Source: an uncultured Candidatus Saccharibacteria bacterium (lineage in GTDB: Bacteria > Patescibacteriota > Minisyncoccia > Minisyncoccales > CAYUYO01). Taken from it: a DNA stretch of 64,000 bases. The notes below the pieces were generated by a model that searched no databases, had not been told where the DNA came from, and saw nothing but the letters and a program-made list of their open reading frames with translations. The DNA lies in contig CAYUYO010000003.1 of the NCBI GenBank assembly GCA_964449385.1, forward strand, positions 483 to 64,482. Direction: 5' to 3'. Positions 62,811-64,000 of this stretch are shown in pieces. Position 1 is the first letter of the stretch, and each line of letters starts with the position of its first letter. The position numbers and the translations under genes are program-made.

Positions 62811-64000
62811 TTATTCATAACGTAATGCTTCAATGGGATTAAGTTTGGCTGCTTTCTGAGCAGGCCAATAGCCAAAGCCAATCCCGATGCCAGCAGATAC
62901 GCTAAAGGCTAAAATAATTGAAAAAGAAGAAACTTTTGTAGCCATACCCGTAAAAAATGTTATTCCGAAAGCTAACCCGCTTCCTAAAATTATTCCTATA
63001 GCTCCACCAAGAAAAGTAAGTATTACTGCTTCAACTAAAAATTGTAAACTAATATCAAATCTCTTAGCACCAATAGCTTTGCGAAGGCCGATTTCCCGAG
63101 TTCTTTCAGTTACCGTAGTCATCATCATATTCATAATGCCAATACCGCCAACAATCAGAGAAATTCCAGCAATTGCTGCCAGTAAAATAGTCATTGTGTT
63201 AGTTATCGAAGAGGCGGATTCAAGAATATCCTGCTGACTTGTGACGCTAAAATCAGCCAGCAGAGGATCTGCAATATTATGCAATATCAAAAGAAGATTA
63301 GCGATGCCTGACTGAACTGAAGCCATTGCTTGAGCACTTTCAACCTGAACGTTGATAGTTGAAACATAATCGGCCCCGGCTAAAAATTTCTGAGCAGTAC
63401 TTATAGGAATGAAAATCATGTTGTCTTGACTGCCGAAGCTAGTCCCGCCTTTAGATTGAGTTACGCCAACGACTTTAAAATTTATACCATTGATTCTTAC
63501 TGTTTGACCGACCGGATTTACTTCCTCACCAAAAAGATCATCTCGGGTAGTCGGACCCAAAACCGCTACCTTTGAAAGGGAACGGACATTTTGTTCGGAA
63601 ATAAATGATCCTAGAGCTATTTCAACGTTTTTTACGCTCGAATAAAAGGCAGTCGTTCCAATAACTTGAGTGTTGGTATTTTGACCCTTGGCAATAATCT
63701 GATAACGCTGGGAAAGTTCTGGAGCTACTACTTGAACAAATGGAATTTCATTAGCTATAGCTTCGGCGTCTTCAATAGTCAGGGTCTGGGCACTCCCTCT
63801 GCCAGCCGAAACCTGAGAAAAACTTCTTTGAAATCCCGGGCTCACCGTAATCAAATTAGACCCCATCGATTGAATACTTGATTCAATGGAACCTGTCGCT
63901 CCTTGGCCAATTGAAATCATGGCAATAACCGAACCTATCCCAATAACAATACCTAAAATAGTCAGGCCCGATCTGGTTTTATTAGCAGAAATAGCGAAAT
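62811..64000 (-). CDS. MacB/FtsX-type ABC transporter permease (5' end beyond the window)
   Basis: C-terminal FtsX domain (REIGLRKAIGA, NPIEALRYE). The frame stays open upstream of the track Met and reads ...NKTRSGLTILGIVIGIGSVIAM, the typical MacB N-terminal TM. Confidence 0.85.
   Translation of the reverse strand, partial: FAISANKTRSGLTILGIVIGIGSVIAMISIGQGATGSIESSIQSMGSNLITVSPGFQRSFSQVSAGRGSAQTLTIEDAEAIANEIPFVQVVAPELSQRYQIIAKGQNTNTQVIGTTAFYSSVKNVEIALGSFISEQNVRSLSKVAVLGPTTRDDLFGEEVNPVGQTVRINGINFKVVGVTQSKGGTSFGSQDNMIFIPISTAQKFLAGADYVSTINVQVESAQAMASVQSGIANLLLILHNIADPLLADFSVTSQQDILESASSITNTMTILLAAIAGISLIVGGIGIMNMMMTTVTERTREIGLRKAIGAKRFDISLQFLVEAVILTFLGGAIGIILGSGLAFGITFFTGMATKVSSFSIILAFSVSAGIGIGFGYWPAQKAAKLNPIEALRYE

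Noticed and set aside
5366-63881. About 37 short ORFs in the track that lie inside or antisense to longer genes. Examples are 5366-5638, 8558-8779, 9755-9946, 11142-11357, 15651-15836, 15729-15911, 22509-22712, 23486-23791, 23830-24153, 23861-24454, 27221-27454, 38051-38266, 51681-51941, 56260-56604, 57202-57480, 60212-60418, 61337-61519, 62887-63237 and 63666-63881.
   Set aside because: All overlap a gene with clear family motifs. They have low-complexity or hydrophobic translations typical of antisense frames and lack starts with promoter or SD support. They cluster in the G+C-richer segments, where stop codons are rarer.
1-64000. CRISPR arrays, transposases/IS elements, prophage genes and long tandem repeats.
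   Set aside because: No regularly spaced direct repeats, no DDE/HUH/serine recombinase-like ORFs, and no capsid or terminase-like ORFs were seen in the translations. The only micro-repeats are codon-level ones, such as CAAATT x3 at 22806-22823 and TCTTCGTCTGA x2 at 464-509.

Overview
AT-rich, very compact bacterial window with short or overlapping gene junctions. The gene content and style suggest a Patescibacteria/CPR (Parcubacteria-like) genome; this is an inference from composition, not a database result. From the left, the window holds the 3' end of a 23S rRNA and a 5S rRNA, then mreC-mreD-PBP2, lysS, serS and a peptidoglycan block (membrane-anchored MurF-like ligase, DegT aminotransferase, FemAB-like transferase, FtsQ). 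These are followed by corA, grpE-dnaK-dnaJ fused to tRNA-Lys, a strongly promoted structured sRNA, ctpA, rplI, pyrG, rpmA, uppS and a yjbQ-like gene. A G+C-rich aminotransferase island sits next to a Xer-type tyrosine recombinase. A ~13 kb minus-strand super-operon then runs methyltransferase, histidine kinase, response regulator, aspS, DD-carboxypeptidase, mraY, PP-loop MurL-like gene, murD, ftsW, murG and gltX. After that come murC, thpR, a four-gene AmmeMemoRadiSam operon, inositol-phosphate synthase/PadR, fmt, efp and housekeeping genes (rarA, ybaB, ychF, obg). The most unusual part is 52.9-62.3 kb. It is a co-directional array of small accessory genes separated by near-identical terminator-promoter modules that carry related G+C-elevated cores. 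The array also contains a second G+C-rich foreign gene, gene remnants and compositionally distinct ABC transporters. No CRISPR array, transposase or reverse transcriptase was seen. All functional calls come from motif reading of the supplied translations, and no searches were run.
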